From a virus (Duplodnaviria > Caudoviricetes): DNA of 64,000 nucleotides. The notes beneath the pieces were generated by a model, which made no database searches, was not told the origin of the DNA, and saw nothing but the letters and a program-made list of their open reading frames with translations. The number at the start of each line of letters is the position of its first letter. Position 1 is the first letter of the stretch. This document shows positions 8,611 to 18,300 of this stretch, in pieces. Location of the stretch: positions 32,001 through 96,000 of the IMG/VR virus record IMGVR_UViG_3300035101_000015, one strand, 5' to 3'. The position numbers and the translations under genes were made by a program.

Positions 8611-9305
8611 GCAGTCGGGTTGTACGGATAGATGATGGCGTACTTCACCGCTGCTACGCCACCACTGGGAATGTACGCACCGTAGGGAGGGTTGGTCGCC
8701 GGCAGGCTCAAAGCACCACTAGTCACCACGGCCGTGTCCACCACCTCATGGATGAGCGCCGGTGCAGCCAAGCTCGCCAGAGCCAGAGGGGCCGGCTTGA
8801 GGCCAACGAGGTCACCGAATCCAACCGCATGGGTAGCTGCCGCATCCGTGCCGCCGGTGAACGCCAGCTCCGTCACCGAAGCGAACAGCTTGGTGCCCAC
8901 GACCTGACCGATGGAATCGATGCCCGTGAAGTCTTCCGTCAGGACGTTGCCGTCGATGTCCGTACCAGTGACGGTACAGTCAGTGTAACCTGTAGCCGCA
9001 ACAGTCGTGTCGATGGTGATGTTTCGAGGCGGGCTCATCGTGCCAGTGCCCACCACACCATCCAAGTCGCTGCCACTGAAGGTGGCCGCGCCGGCCGCTG
9101 ACGAGAACTCGTCCTTGATGGCATCCACATCAGCCACGTCCAGCGCAGCGTCCCCGAAGTCATCCAGCGCCAAAGCAGCCAGGGGTCCCAACACGCGTGC
9201 GACATCCCGGCGAAGGTCGTCGACCTCTCCCGGTACGCCGCCCTTGCCCTCGACGAGGTGGGGAAGTCGTGCTCCCTGGTCGCTGAAAAGTCCAGAACCG
9301 CTCAT
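8607..9305 (-). CDS. Putative virion structural protein
   Basis: Thr/Gly/Asp-rich, beta-type composition; strong AAGGAG RBS. Confidence 0.55.
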   Translation of the reverse strand: MSGSGLFSDQGARLPHLVEGKGGVPGEVDDLRRDVARVLGPLAALALDDFGDAALDVADVDAIKDEFSSAAGAATFSGSDLDGVVGTGTMSPPRNITIDTTVAATGYTDCTVTGTDIDGNVLTEDFTGIDSIGQVVGTKLFASVTELAFTGGTDAAATHAVGFGDLVGLKPAPLALASLAAPALIHEVVDTAVVTSGALSLPATNPPYGAYIPSGGVAAVKYAIIYPYNPTA

Positions 9306-9382
9306 GGTGTCTCTCCTTGTGCTGCCTTTCTCGGCTAATCCAAGGGCCATTCTCCCTCAGAAGAGGCGATAAGAGAAGAGCC

Positions 9383-10249
9383 ATGACTGGAGACCCCACT
9401 ACCTACAAGGAGGCCCTGTCGATGCTGCAGGGCTATCGCAGGAGCCACCAGAAGAAGCTGTGTAACAACACCTACCTGAAGGGGCGCCTGGTACCCGACG
9501 GTTCAATGAAGAGAGACTGGTACTGGAGCAAAGATGGAGGAGAACCTACCTACTTCGCCGTGGTTCTACACGGAGTCGAAGTGGTGAAGATGTACAAGGA
9601 CGGGCGCTACCAGCTCGCCGGCATCAACTCATGGACTACCCGTGACCGAATCAACCGCTTCTCTCCATTCCGTGCGTGCACTTGGGGAGGGTACGGCATC
9701 ATCGAGACTGACACTGGAAGCCATCCCTACTTCCCTCACATGATGATGCAGCCCAACGGCGAGCTCGTACTGCCTACAGATGATGAATGGTTCAACACCA
9801 TCGACGCTTCCGACTACATCGATAAGTCAGAGAAGTACGCTGGGTTCCTAGCCCGCAAGCTGGTCTACGGACGACTCGAGGGACATGACCCAGCCACTCT
9901 GCCAGTGAGTGACGAGGAACTCGTCAAAGCTGTGCTCGCAAAGGAGTACTCCTTCAACGTCGCACTTCAGCTCATTGACGATGCTGGTGAGATAGTCAGG
10001 TACCGGAAGCTCCTGGACACGCTGAAGCCTGAAGTATACCGACGGTATTGGTTGAAGCCACACACGGTCGACGAGGAGCTCGAGCGCTACTCCAACGACC
10101 TCGTTGGAAGGACGCCAGCGGGCGTGGTGCCTGGCAGGAGCTTCAAGCATCCACGCAGGCTCCAGCCGGAACTCAAGGGGATATTCACTAACGTGCTGCG
10201 CGCAGCAGCCAAGCTCGAGAAGGCAGAAAGGAGCCCGTACAGAGGATGA
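9383..10249 (+). CDS. Hypothetical phage protein
   Basis: ATG at 9383; SWTTRDRINRF motif; GATAAGA element just upstream. Confidence 0.65.
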   Translation: MTGDPTTYKEALSMLQGYRRSHQKKLCNNTYLKGRLVPDGSMKRDWYWSKDGGEPTYFAVVLHGVEVVKMYKDGRYQLAGINSWTTRDRINRFSPFRACTWGGYGIIETDTGSHPYFPHMMMQPNGELVLPTDDEWFNTIDASDYIDKSEKYAGFLARKLVYGRLEGHDPATLPVSDEELVKAVLAKEYSFNVALQLIDDAGEIVRYRKLLDTLKPEVYRRYWLKPHTVDEELERYSNDLVGRTPAGVVPGRSFKHPRRLQPELKGIFTNVLRAAAKLEKAERSPYRG

Positions 10250-10806
10250 CTACAGCAGTAGATGACATCATCACGCGACGACGTGAAGTTCTCATGCCAG
10301 GAAAGTGCCCCAAGTGCCTGATGGACCTCACGCAAGAGGGAACCATCAAGGTGTGGGAGTACCAGGACCAGAGCCGCTTCGCCCACGTGCTGGATGGTGG
10401 AATAGAGTGGGAGATGGACCAGCCGCAGAGCGGTGAGTCTTGGCTCATGATTTCCTACGAGTGCCATGCCTGCGGGCATACGCTGGCCGAGGCCCGTTCG
10501 GAGGAGCTCTGCTCGGAGTCGCTCGGTCAGGAGATGGAGGACTTCTTCGCCATGAAGGGGGAGAAGCACACGCTGGTGCAGAAGTTACTCACCATGCGAA
10601 AGGCAGTCGAGCTCGCCAAGGAGATGCTCGGTCGGTATCTACCAGAGGACCTGACGGCTGAGGGCGATGAGCCAGTGAACCACATTGAGGTACTTCGACA
10701 TCATCTCATCGGAGGCTGGCAGTATACTCTCGACCTCGTAGAGAACCTGTGCAAGAGGGTGGTAGAGACGGAGGTAGAGGATGGACCCCGACCAGTGTCT
10801 GAATGA
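10246..10806 (+). CDS. Hypothetical zinc-binding protein
   Basis: CPKC and CHAC motifs; ATGA overlap with the upstream gene. Confidence 0.65.
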   Translation: MTTAVDDIITRRREVLMPGKCPKCLMDLTQEGTIKVWEYQDQSRFAHVLDGGIEWEMDQPQSGESWLMISYECHACGHTLAEARSEELCSESLGQEMEDFFAMKGEKHTLVQKLLTMRKAVELAKEMLGRYLPEDLTAEGDEPVNHIEVLRHHLIGGWQYTLDLVENLCKRVVETEVEDGPRPVSE

Positions 10807-11026
10807 GCTCCTGGAGCTAAAGGAGAAGCTCAAGAGTAGATTGGATGGCTACGAGTGCTGGACTGACCTTGCTGAGGCTGCCCCGGCTGAAGAGGTGGAC
10901 CAGTTCATCAGTGATGCCAATGAGCTCGTGAACCACATAGACGCTCTCGACAAGTGGATGAAGAAGGGTGGATTTCCGCCCAAGCGGTGGGCTCAGCTCG
11001 GTGCGCGTGACACGTGCCCCGATTGA
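10781..11026 (+). CDS. Small hypothetical phage protein
   Basis: MDPD...ALDKWMKKGGFPPKRW; GGAGG RBS upstream. Confidence 0.65.
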   Translation: MDPDQCLNELLELKEKLKSRLDGYECWTDLAEAAPAEEVDQFISDANELVNHIDALDKWMKKGGFPPKRWAQLGARDTCPD

Positions 11027-11041
11027 GGCTACCTTCAAGAT

Positions 11042-11659
11042 ATGAGCGACAAGAACATCCGCATCGACAAGAAGGTGTCACTACCCCCGGCGATGTGGAA
11101 ACTCTTCAGATACGCTCTCATCAACGTGGACTACGAGGCGCTGAAGGCTGGGGAACGGAGAGTGACCTCCTCCGAGCTCGTCAGCGTCATCGTACTAGAC
11201 TGGTTGGTGCGCAATGAGCACGACATCAGGTCCGACTTCTACGAGTGCGTTCTTCGGGTTGCCGAGGATAGGGTCCCTACCTTCCACACCACCGACTACC
11301 TGCTTGCCATCGCTTCAGCTACTGGAACCGAAGTTTCCGAGCTTGCACGCGTTGGCAACCACACACCAACTGCAAGGCGTGCCCGGGAAGCCAAGGAGTT
11401 CGCCGGGGTTGTTCGACGCTCTCGTGGGCGACCCACGAGTCCTCTACTACGAGCTGATGGAAGACCCTTCCAGGTTCGAGGAGGAGGTGGCGACGCTGGT
11501 GCAGCAGATAGTAAGTGGGCAGAAGCCCTACGAGAGCTTGTCCTCAACGGAGAAGACGCTGTTGGACCGAGCGACCCTGGACTGGGCGAGGACGAGGCAC
11601 CAGAAGCCGAAAGCCCCATCCCCCATCTCGTCAAAGTCGCCCGCTCCTACGCAGCCTGA
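11042..11659 (+). CDS. Hypothetical protein, possible ribbon-helix-helix N-terminus
   Basis: KKVSLPPAMW...SSELVSVIVLDWL pattern. Confidence 0.5.
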   Translation: MSDKNIRIDKKVSLPPAMWKLFRYALINVDYEALKAGERRVTSSELVSVIVLDWLVRNEHDIRSDFYECVLRVAEDRVPTFHTTDYLLAIASATGTEVSELARVGNHTPTARRAREAKEFAGVVRRSRGRPTSPLLRADGRPFQVRGGGGDAGAADSKWAEALRELVLNGEDAVGPSDPGLGEDEAPEAESPIPHLVKVARSYAA

Positions 11660-11807
11660 GGCGGTACAACACCTCACGCGTGCAGAGGCTGTGTCCGACC
11701 CGTCCGTCGAGCTCGAGTACCGAGAGGACGGGCGGCACGTGCCACTACAGACCACACCGGAACCGGACATCCCCGCTGCCCCCACCTTCTGGTGGCGGAA
11801 GACCTAG
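11409..11807 (+). CDS. Hypothetical protein (overlaps the previous ORF)
   Basis: AAGGAG at 11393-11398 precedes an in-frame TTG at 11409; helical, protein-like sequence. Confidence 0.45.
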   Translation: MFDALVGDPRVLYYELMEDPSRFEEEVATLVQQIVSGQKPYESLSSTEKTLLDRATLDWARTRHQKPKAPSPISSKSPAPTQPEAVQHLTRAEAVSDPSVELEYREDGRHVPLQTTPEPDIPAAPTFWWRKT

Positions 11808-12835
11808 CGGACGACGCCGGTGTAGCCGTAGGGGTTGATGCCCGAGGGTAGCGGGCCGCCGCCGCCCCACGACCTCGAGGTGTAGGTCGGCTGCATCATG
11901 TAGTCACGAGTCGCCTGCAGGCCCTTGTAGCCGAGGTAGCCAGCACCCAGCGCAGCGCCGGCACCGAGAATCTTGCCCTTGGTCTTCCAACTCAGCAGCG
12001 GCTTGCTCTTGGCCGCCGGGGCCGCTGCTGCCGCTGGCTTGGCCGCTGTGCGCGCCGCCGCTGCCGCCGGCCCGGAGGGGGCCGCCTTCGCCGCCCGCCG
12101 CGCCGCCTGGGCGGTGGCCTGCTGCGGGGTGAGCGTAGGCTTGACCCCCATCTTGGCCGCAGCCTGCTGGAACCTGCCGGTGGCGCCCATGCCGTAGCGC
12201 TGCCACTGCTGACCAGCGCGCTGCATACCCACGCCGGCTCCGCGCATCTTCATCCCCAGACCGGACAGCGGGCCAGCTTTACCTACCGCCCTGCTCATGG
12301 TCGAGCCCGCCAGCCGCCGGCCGGCGCCGCCCATGGCCTTGCCCAGGCCACCCGCCAGGCGCCCGAGCAGGGCGCCGATGGCCTCCTTGTCCATGCCCTG
12401 CTTCTCTAGCTCTGCAATGAGCTCAGGGTTGCTCATGGCCATCCTGGCCAGGGCAGCCCCAGAGGCAGACGCGTAGCGCACCATGCCCCCTTCCGGGGCG
12501 TTCAAGGCCATCATGGCCTGGTAGGCACGCATGGGGTTGAGCTGTTGAGCTGCCTCACCCTGGTGGGAGTACATCCGGCCCTTGCCCTGGAAGCCAGCCA
12601 CGGTCTCGGCCTGCCGCTCGCGCTCGAGCATGCGGAACATCTCGTTGAGGACCATGGCCTCGTACGCCTGCTTCTCCCTGTGCCTCTGGTCGGCGTAGAT
12701 GAGAGCGCCGCTGGCCACCGGGGCGAGCATGCGGAGCAGAGCTGGGGGAGGCTGAGCTGTCTTCTCGAGGCTGCGGCGGTAGAAGGCGCTGCCGTACTTC
12801 TCGAGCAATGCAGGGTTGGGTCCAGGGTGCATCAT
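11804..12835 (-). CDS. Gly/Ala-rich cationic protein with K-x-A motifs (putative internal head / ejection protein)
   Basis: EKTAQ and DKEAI followed by GALLGRLAGGLGKAMGG; C-terminal GAGAALGAGYLGY glycine zipper. Confidence 0.55.
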   Translation of the reverse strand: MMHPGPNPALLEKYGSAFYRRSLEKTAQPPPALLRMLAPVASGALIYADQRHREKQAYEAMVLNEMFRMLERERQAETVAGFQGKGRMYSHQGEAAQQLNPMRAYQAMMALNAPEGGMVRYASASGAALARMAMSNPELIAELEKQGMDKEAIGALLGRLAGGLGKAMGGAGRRLAGSTMSRAVGKAGPLSGLGMKMRGAGVGMQRAGQQWQRYGMGATGRFQQAAAKMGVKPTLTPQQATAQAARRAAKAAPSGPAAAAARTAAKPAAAAAPAAKSKPLLSWKTKGKILGAGAALGAGYLGYKGLQATRDYMMQPTYTSRSWGGGGPLPSGINPYGYTGVVR

Positions 12836-13518
12836 TTCAATGCCTTACTGTGGATAGGCAATTCTACCGCAGATTGAGCGGGCGGAGCAGACTCCTTCCC
12901 AGAGCTCACCTTTCGTGGCCTTCTGGGGATGATGCGTACCTTCACTGGAGCCTTCTTGGCCTTCACTGGGTCAGTCTCTGCGACCAGTTGAACTGACGAC
13001 TCACCCTCCTGCTCCTCCTTGATGTCCTCAACCTTCTCCTTCGTCTTCTTGGCTAACGACACCAGGCCACGAAGCTCTTCGGCCACGGCCTCCAGCTCCT
13101 TACGGGTCTGGGCATTTAGCTCCATCGACTCTTCCTGCCTAGCATTGGTCCGATTCTGAAGAATGCTGGCGTGAACCTGCACGATGGCGACAGTGATGAG
13201 GCCCACAGTGACGATGAGAAGTAGCAAGCCATGCTTAGCCTGCTGCCTACTGGTGCGCTTCACACAGTGGTTGGTCTCACGCTGAACTTCGTTCTGTTCC
13301 CTCATCAGAAGCATCAGCTCGCCGATGGGCACTACAGCAGCCGCGAACTTGTCCCCCAGGTCGATGAGGTCCTGCCGGCGCACGAACATCGACGTCTCGT
13401 TGTCCGTGGCGAATGGACAGAGGCAGGGAGCAGCCTGCTTGGGTTCCTTCTTCGGCTCTGGTGGAGGTTGGAAGATTGCCTTGTCAGGTCTGGGAGGGCC
13501 TTTCATCACTTCCTCCAA
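12832..13518 (-). CDS. Membrane-anchored coiled-coil protein (possible spanin-like lysis protein)
   Basis: One hydrophobic helix (GLLLLIVTVGLITVAIV) followed by a coiled coil. Confidence 0.45.
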   Translation of the reverse strand: MEEVMKGPPRPDKAIFQPPPEPKKEPKQAAPCLCPFATDNETSMFVRRQDLIDLGDKFAAAVVPIGELMLLMREQNEVQRETNHCVKRTSRQQAKHGLLLLIVTVGLITVAIVQVHASILQNRTNARQEESMELNAQTRKELEAVAEELRGLVSLAKKTKEKVEDIKEEQEGESSVQLVAETDPVKAKKAPVKVRIIPRRPRKVSSGKESAPPAQSAVELPIHSKALK

Positions 13519-13732
13519 TGGAACCGGGCGGGTTTGAAATCATGGAGCTCGGTCGGGCTCGGATGGACTCCTGTTGCTCTTCCACAGCATCGAGGATTCG
13601 AGAGAGTTGGTCCTCAATACCGTCCATCTCTTTCTGCCTCGTGTCAAACCCGTTGAGGTTCTTACGAAACCGCTCGCGCTCCCGTACCTGGCTCTCTTCT
13701 GTACCGATGAGCCGCTTCAGGAACACAATCAT
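13484..13732 (-). CDS. Small coiled-coil protein
   Basis: Overlap-coupled ORF in a putative lysis cluster. Confidence 0.5.
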   Translation of the reverse strand: MIVFLKRLIGTEESQVRERERFRKNLNGFDTRQKEMDGIEDQLSRILDAVEEQQESIRARPSSMISNPPGSIGGSDERPSQT

Positions 13733-14124
13733 GTCCGCCCCCTTGGTGGAGAGGAACCGCGTCGCACGGCATCCCTGATGACCCCATCCATGGACTGTTG
13801 CATGCTACGAAGTAGCCCCTGCGTCTGCTGCTCAGTCTGAGTGAGGTTGTCGAGCGCGTTCTTCACCCCGGAGAAGGTGCTCGTCATCTTCTCCACGAGT
13901 TTCTCCTGGCGCTCGGACGCCTTCTCCATGCGGTCACTCAGTTGCTTCTGGTCAGCCACCCGCTCGTTCTGCACGCGGTTGAGCTTCCAGACTGAGAAGA
14001 TGGCTACCACCAAGGATAGTATGGCGATGGCCCCGAGTAAACCGGACTCCAGGATGCTGAGCCCACTCTTCCCTGCGAGCTCTGCCGCCTCGGCGGCCGG
14101 CCCGGCCAGTAGAAGAAGGCTCAT
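13729..14124 (-). CDS. Single-TM coiled-coil protein (holin-like)
   Basis: GLLGAIAILSLVVAIFSVW transmembrane segment plus coiled coil. Confidence 0.45.
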   Translation of the reverse strand: MSLLLLAGPAAEAAELAGKSGLSILESGLLGAIAILSLVVAIFSVWKLNRVQNERVADQKQLSDRMEKASERQEKLVEKMTSTFSGVKNALDNLTQTEQQTQGLLRSMQQSMDGVIRDAVRRGSSPPRGRT

Positions 14125-14129
14125 GAGTC

Positions 14130-14522
14130 TCAGCCTAGGACACGTACCCGTACGGTCACATCGGCAGCGTGCGCGATGCTCATGCTGAGGATGCCTGCTG
14201 CCGTTGGGCTCGGGCTCCCGTAGGAGAGGAAGCCACCAGGTGAAATCTCAATCTGGTCGGTGCCACCGTTGAACGTGACCTGGACGGGCTGCGCTGCAGG
14301 GCTGGCGTCGGCGTCGACTTCAATCTGCACCATCTTGGCACCGTTCGGTGTGATGGAACCGAAGTCGACGTCCTGCGTGCCGGCGCCCGAGAGCTCGTAC
14401 AGGAACGAAGCGCTGTTGCTGAAGTAGGCGCTGAGCGTGATGGGGATTTCACATGCCGACACGCCCTCGTCCGGCGGGTAGGCGAGCGTTGCGCTGTACG
14501 TGAATGGTGCAGGACTGGCCAC
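14130..14522 (-). CDS. Putative virion structural protein
   Basis: Beta-rich small protein directly downstream of the tail tube gene. Confidence 0.55.
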   Translation of the reverse strand: MASPAPFTYSATLAYPPDEGVSACEIPITLSAYFSNSASFLYELSGAGTQDVDFGSITPNGAKMVQIEVDADASPAAQPVQVTFNGGTDQIEISPGGFLSYGSPSPTAAGILSMSIAHAADVTVRVRVLG

Positions 14523-14534
14523 TGACGCCTCCTA

Positions 14535-15299
14535 TCAGCTACCCGGGATGCCCAGGTAGGTCTCGCTGAGGTTGGCGCCGCCTGCGTTCTGGGAGCTCCC
14601 AGCACTGATGAGGGTGAGGGCACTGATGGCCACCGGCACCATGCGCTCGAACTGGATGCCGACCTGCTCCTGCACGAGCACGCCCTGCGAGTCCGTGGTG
14701 ATGGAGTGGTTCGGCAGGTAGCACGCCTCGAAGTACCCGGCGCCCAGGGAGTCCTGGTTGATGTCCCGGATGTACATCAGCAGCCCCACCGGCTGCGCGA
14801 ACAGGTCGGAGGCCAGGTTGATGAAGATGTTCTCGTACCCCGGCGGCACGATGACGTCGTGGGGATTGGACACGCTCGCCGCACCGGAGTTCGGCCACAT
14901 CGCAGGCACCACCGTCGGTGGGATGAGGTCCTGGTAGTAGGCGTACAGGATGCGCAGGAGCGAGGCACCGTGGTAGTACAACCGACCCAGACCAATCTGC
15001 CCGACCGTGCGCCCCGAGATGAAGTAGCTCCGCTCGGAGCCAATCTCGAAGATGCGGCTGAACTGACGGTTGTGGGTGACGTTGAAGTTCTGGACGATGC
15101 CGATGGGCAGCACAATCTGATTGGCTGCCTGACCACTGCCACTCACCGCTGAGGCGAAGGCCGCCGCGCCGCCGACGTTGGCGATGCGTGGTGGCCCGGC
15201 AGCGAGCAACGTGTGTCCCGCATTGACGTACTGCCCATCCAGCAACCCCGACTGAACGTAGTTGGTGTATGGGGACCAGTCGCTGAAGTTTCCGCTCAT
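14535..15299 (-). CDS. Tail tube protein
   Basis: Directly follows the sheath gene; PIGIVQNF...RIFEIGS...YFISGR motif; strong AAGGAG RBS. Confidence 0.75.
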   Translation of the reverse strand: MSGNFSDWSPYTNYVQSGLLDGQYVNAGHTLLAAGPPRIANVGGAAAFASAVSGSGQAANQIVLPIGIVQNFNVTHNRQFSRIFEIGSERSYFISGRTVGQIGLGRLYYHGASLLRILYAYYQDLIPPTVVPAMWPNSGAASVSNPHDVIVPPGYENIFINLASDLFAQPVGLLMYIRDINQDSLGAGYFEACYLPNHSITTDSQGVLVQEQVGIQFERMVPVAISALTLISAGSSQNAGGANLSETYLGIPGS

Positions 15300-15327
15300 C
15301 GGATGTCTCCTTGTCCTCTATTCTACC

Positions 15328-18300
15328 CTACACGACCAGCGTCAGGCGGATGTAGTTGCAGGGGTAGGGTGGGTCGAGGGTGGTGTCGACCAGGACGGTG
15401 TCTCGCGCGTCCTCGTCCTGGATGATGTTGTTGAGCGTCAGGCCGATGAGGACACCGGTCTCCACGAGGAACCCGCCGAGCCCCTGGATGACGGAGCCCA
15501 GGGTGTCGAGGAAGCCCTGAGTGATGTTGAACCGCCCAATGAAGTTGCGCAGGCCGCGCCGCATGAACTTCGCGGTGAAGTCCACCACCTTGGTGATGGA
15601 GTCGGTGCGCGTCTCGATGGACGTCATGTCCGTCGTGAGCGCCATGCGGCTGGTGAGCGGGCCACCCTCCACATCCTGGACGATGATGTACACACCACCG
15701 GCGGCCATCTGATTGAGCTGACGCTCGCTGAACGTGTCGTTCGACCCGATGACCCGGGTGAACCCACTCATCGGGAAGTTGGTGAACGACTGCTGTGGGG
15801 GCTGCTGACCAATCATGCCGACGATGGCGGCGTTCATGTAGAAGCCCTCGATGAGCTGCTCGAGCCCCTCGATGGTGGCCGCCGCCTGGTCCGGGAAGGT
15901 GAGCCAGAACCGACGGTTGCCGAACGCCTGGCCCAGCGAGGACATAGTCGAGGCGATGCCCGACTTGTCCTTCTGACCAGTGGACGTCAGCAGCTCGGCA
16001 CCGCGCACGCGGATGGCGAATGCCTCACTGATGAGTGGCAGGCTCATCGCCGTGTCGGCGTAGAACCCATCGTCGTTGTCGCCAGCCGTGAAGGTCGTGC
16101 GGATGGTCACCACACCACCAGAGATGCTCTCGATGGAGTAGTGCTCGTCGTCACTGGCGAGGTCGAGGAAGACACCCTCACTGGTCGGGATGGTGCCCAC
16201 CGGGTTGACGCCGGCATTGTTCAGCAGCGTGCTGAGATTCACCACCTTGGTGTCGAAGGTCAGGGTGGTCAGCCCATCACCGTCGGTACCAGAAGCCACG
16301 AGGGTGTCGAGTTGACGCTCGGGCACATCCGGGTTCCAGATGACGATGCGCTCGCCCTTGTTCTCCGGCTCGCTCATGAAGTTGACGTGGGTGTTGAACA
16401 CCTGGCCAACCGTCTGGTCGTGGGTGAGCGGAGCGATGGCGTAGACCTCGAAGCCCTCGAGGTACTCCGCCGCCCGAGTGAACGCTTCCACCGTACCGTA
16501 CGGAGCGTCGGCACTGATGGCGTCCACACCCAGGCCAGTCACCTGGACGCCCGGCGCGTTGACCATGGCGTAGAACAGGCCCAGAGAGAGCGGGTTGTCG
16601 GAGTTGATGGGCGGGAGCTGCTGCTCGAGCTGGGTGGTGCTGTCGAACCGCAGCAGGCCAGGCTGGCTGGCCAAGGCGCTGACGTCCTGACGGACGGCGC
16701 TGTAGGACACGTACAGCGGGGCCTTGCCCGGCACCGGCGCGCCCTGGGTATCCCGGAGCTGGTCGTGCTTGATGTTCAGGGTTCCCTGAGCATCGAGGAC
16801 GAAGTCCGGGGTCGGGCGGGAGACGCCGATGGTGGCGTCGCCAGCGACCAGGTTCTTGGCGATGATGTACCAGTCTCGCCCAACGTCCGAGGTGATAGGC
16901 ACCTGCTTGTCGATGCGCAGCGTGTCGGTCAGCCCACCCGGGGCCACCTTGGAGATGAGCGCGTAGAACAGCCCATCTACCCACAGCTCGTCACCTGGCT
17001 GAGCCTGGAAGGGGTCGCCGTACTCCTTGGCTCCGGCAACGATGTTCTCGCCATCACCATAGACGGTCTCGAGGGAGAGACCGAGCAACGCCGCAGCACC
17101 AGTTCCCTCAGCCACGACAAGGCTGGCCTGCACACCAGTGGTGGTACCAGTCATCACCAACCCACCGTTGACACCCTGTGTCGCAGTGACACCGGTGAGA
17201 GCACCCTCGATGTTGGCCTTCAACGCCGCGAAGGTTGTCTCACTTGCGAGCGTCACCGTGGTGGGACCAGCACCGTCGATGTCGACAGTGAAGGTCTCAG
17301 TGCCTAGCGTAGGGAACACATCGGTTCCAGTAACCACCTCGACAGTGAGCCCCAAGAGCTGCAGACCTCCACCAGCATCGTCAATGATTTCCAGCGAACC
17401 AGTGGAGCCAAGAGTGCTACCCGTCAGCACCAGACCACCCGTCGTCCCGCTAGCACGCGTAGCGGTCACACCCGTCAGCGCTGTCTCAAGGACAGCCTTC
17501 AGACCGGTAACGGGAGTACTCCAGTCGGTGATGGTACCAGGAAGCGTCACTGGGATTGCAACGCCACCGTCAATCTTGACCTCGAAGGTCTCACCAGCGA
17601 ATGTGGGGAAGACCGCATCAGCCAAGTTCACCGTACCCTCGGTAGTCACCGCAGGCAGGTCCGGGCCAAGGTCGACCGAGCCTTCGGTGGTCTCCGCCGG
17701 AGTGTCACCAATATCGAGGTATGGAAGAGCAGTCCCGCCGATGATGTTGACGACCGACTCTTCACCCTTTCGGCTGTTGGTGATGATGATGGCACCAATC
17801 GGAGGAGTGGGGCCGGTGGTCTCTTCACTCACCACCAAGGTGCCGCCAGCGTTTGAGCCCATCACAGCCTCGATGGCTGTCTTGAGTAGAGCAACGGTGG
17901 TCTCGGTGCCATCGAAGGTGATGGTCTGTGCTGGCCCACCATCACTGATGATGAGGGTGGAATTGGCAGGCGGAGGCAGGTTGGGAACACCCGAACCAGA
18001 CAGCACAGCGGTGCCGGGAGCAGAGGTGAAGTCCTGACCCGAGAACTCGAGCAGCGGAGTCACCGCGTCGCCGTTGCCATCGTCGACCGCAGCAATGCTC
18101 ACGCCGTAGACGGTCTGCGCGGTCAGGCCGAGCAGCCCCATCGCCGAGTTGGAGTCCGGGGTCACCAGCTCGATGGTGTGGTCGTAGCCACCCGTGTCGT
18201 GGGTGAAGACCAGACCGTTGCTGCCACCCAGTGATGCCGTCACCCCCGTGAAGCCGGAGGTGCCGTTGAGCAGGGCTAGGAGCTGCGTGGAGTCGTTGAC

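Noticed and set aside
15262-17307. Long plus-strand ORFs antisense to sheath, MCP, terminase and RNAP (e.g. 681 aa, 492 aa, 297 aa)
   Set aside because: Shadow ORFs expected from GC-rich codon bias; no recognisable motifs, while the opposite strand carries clear genes.
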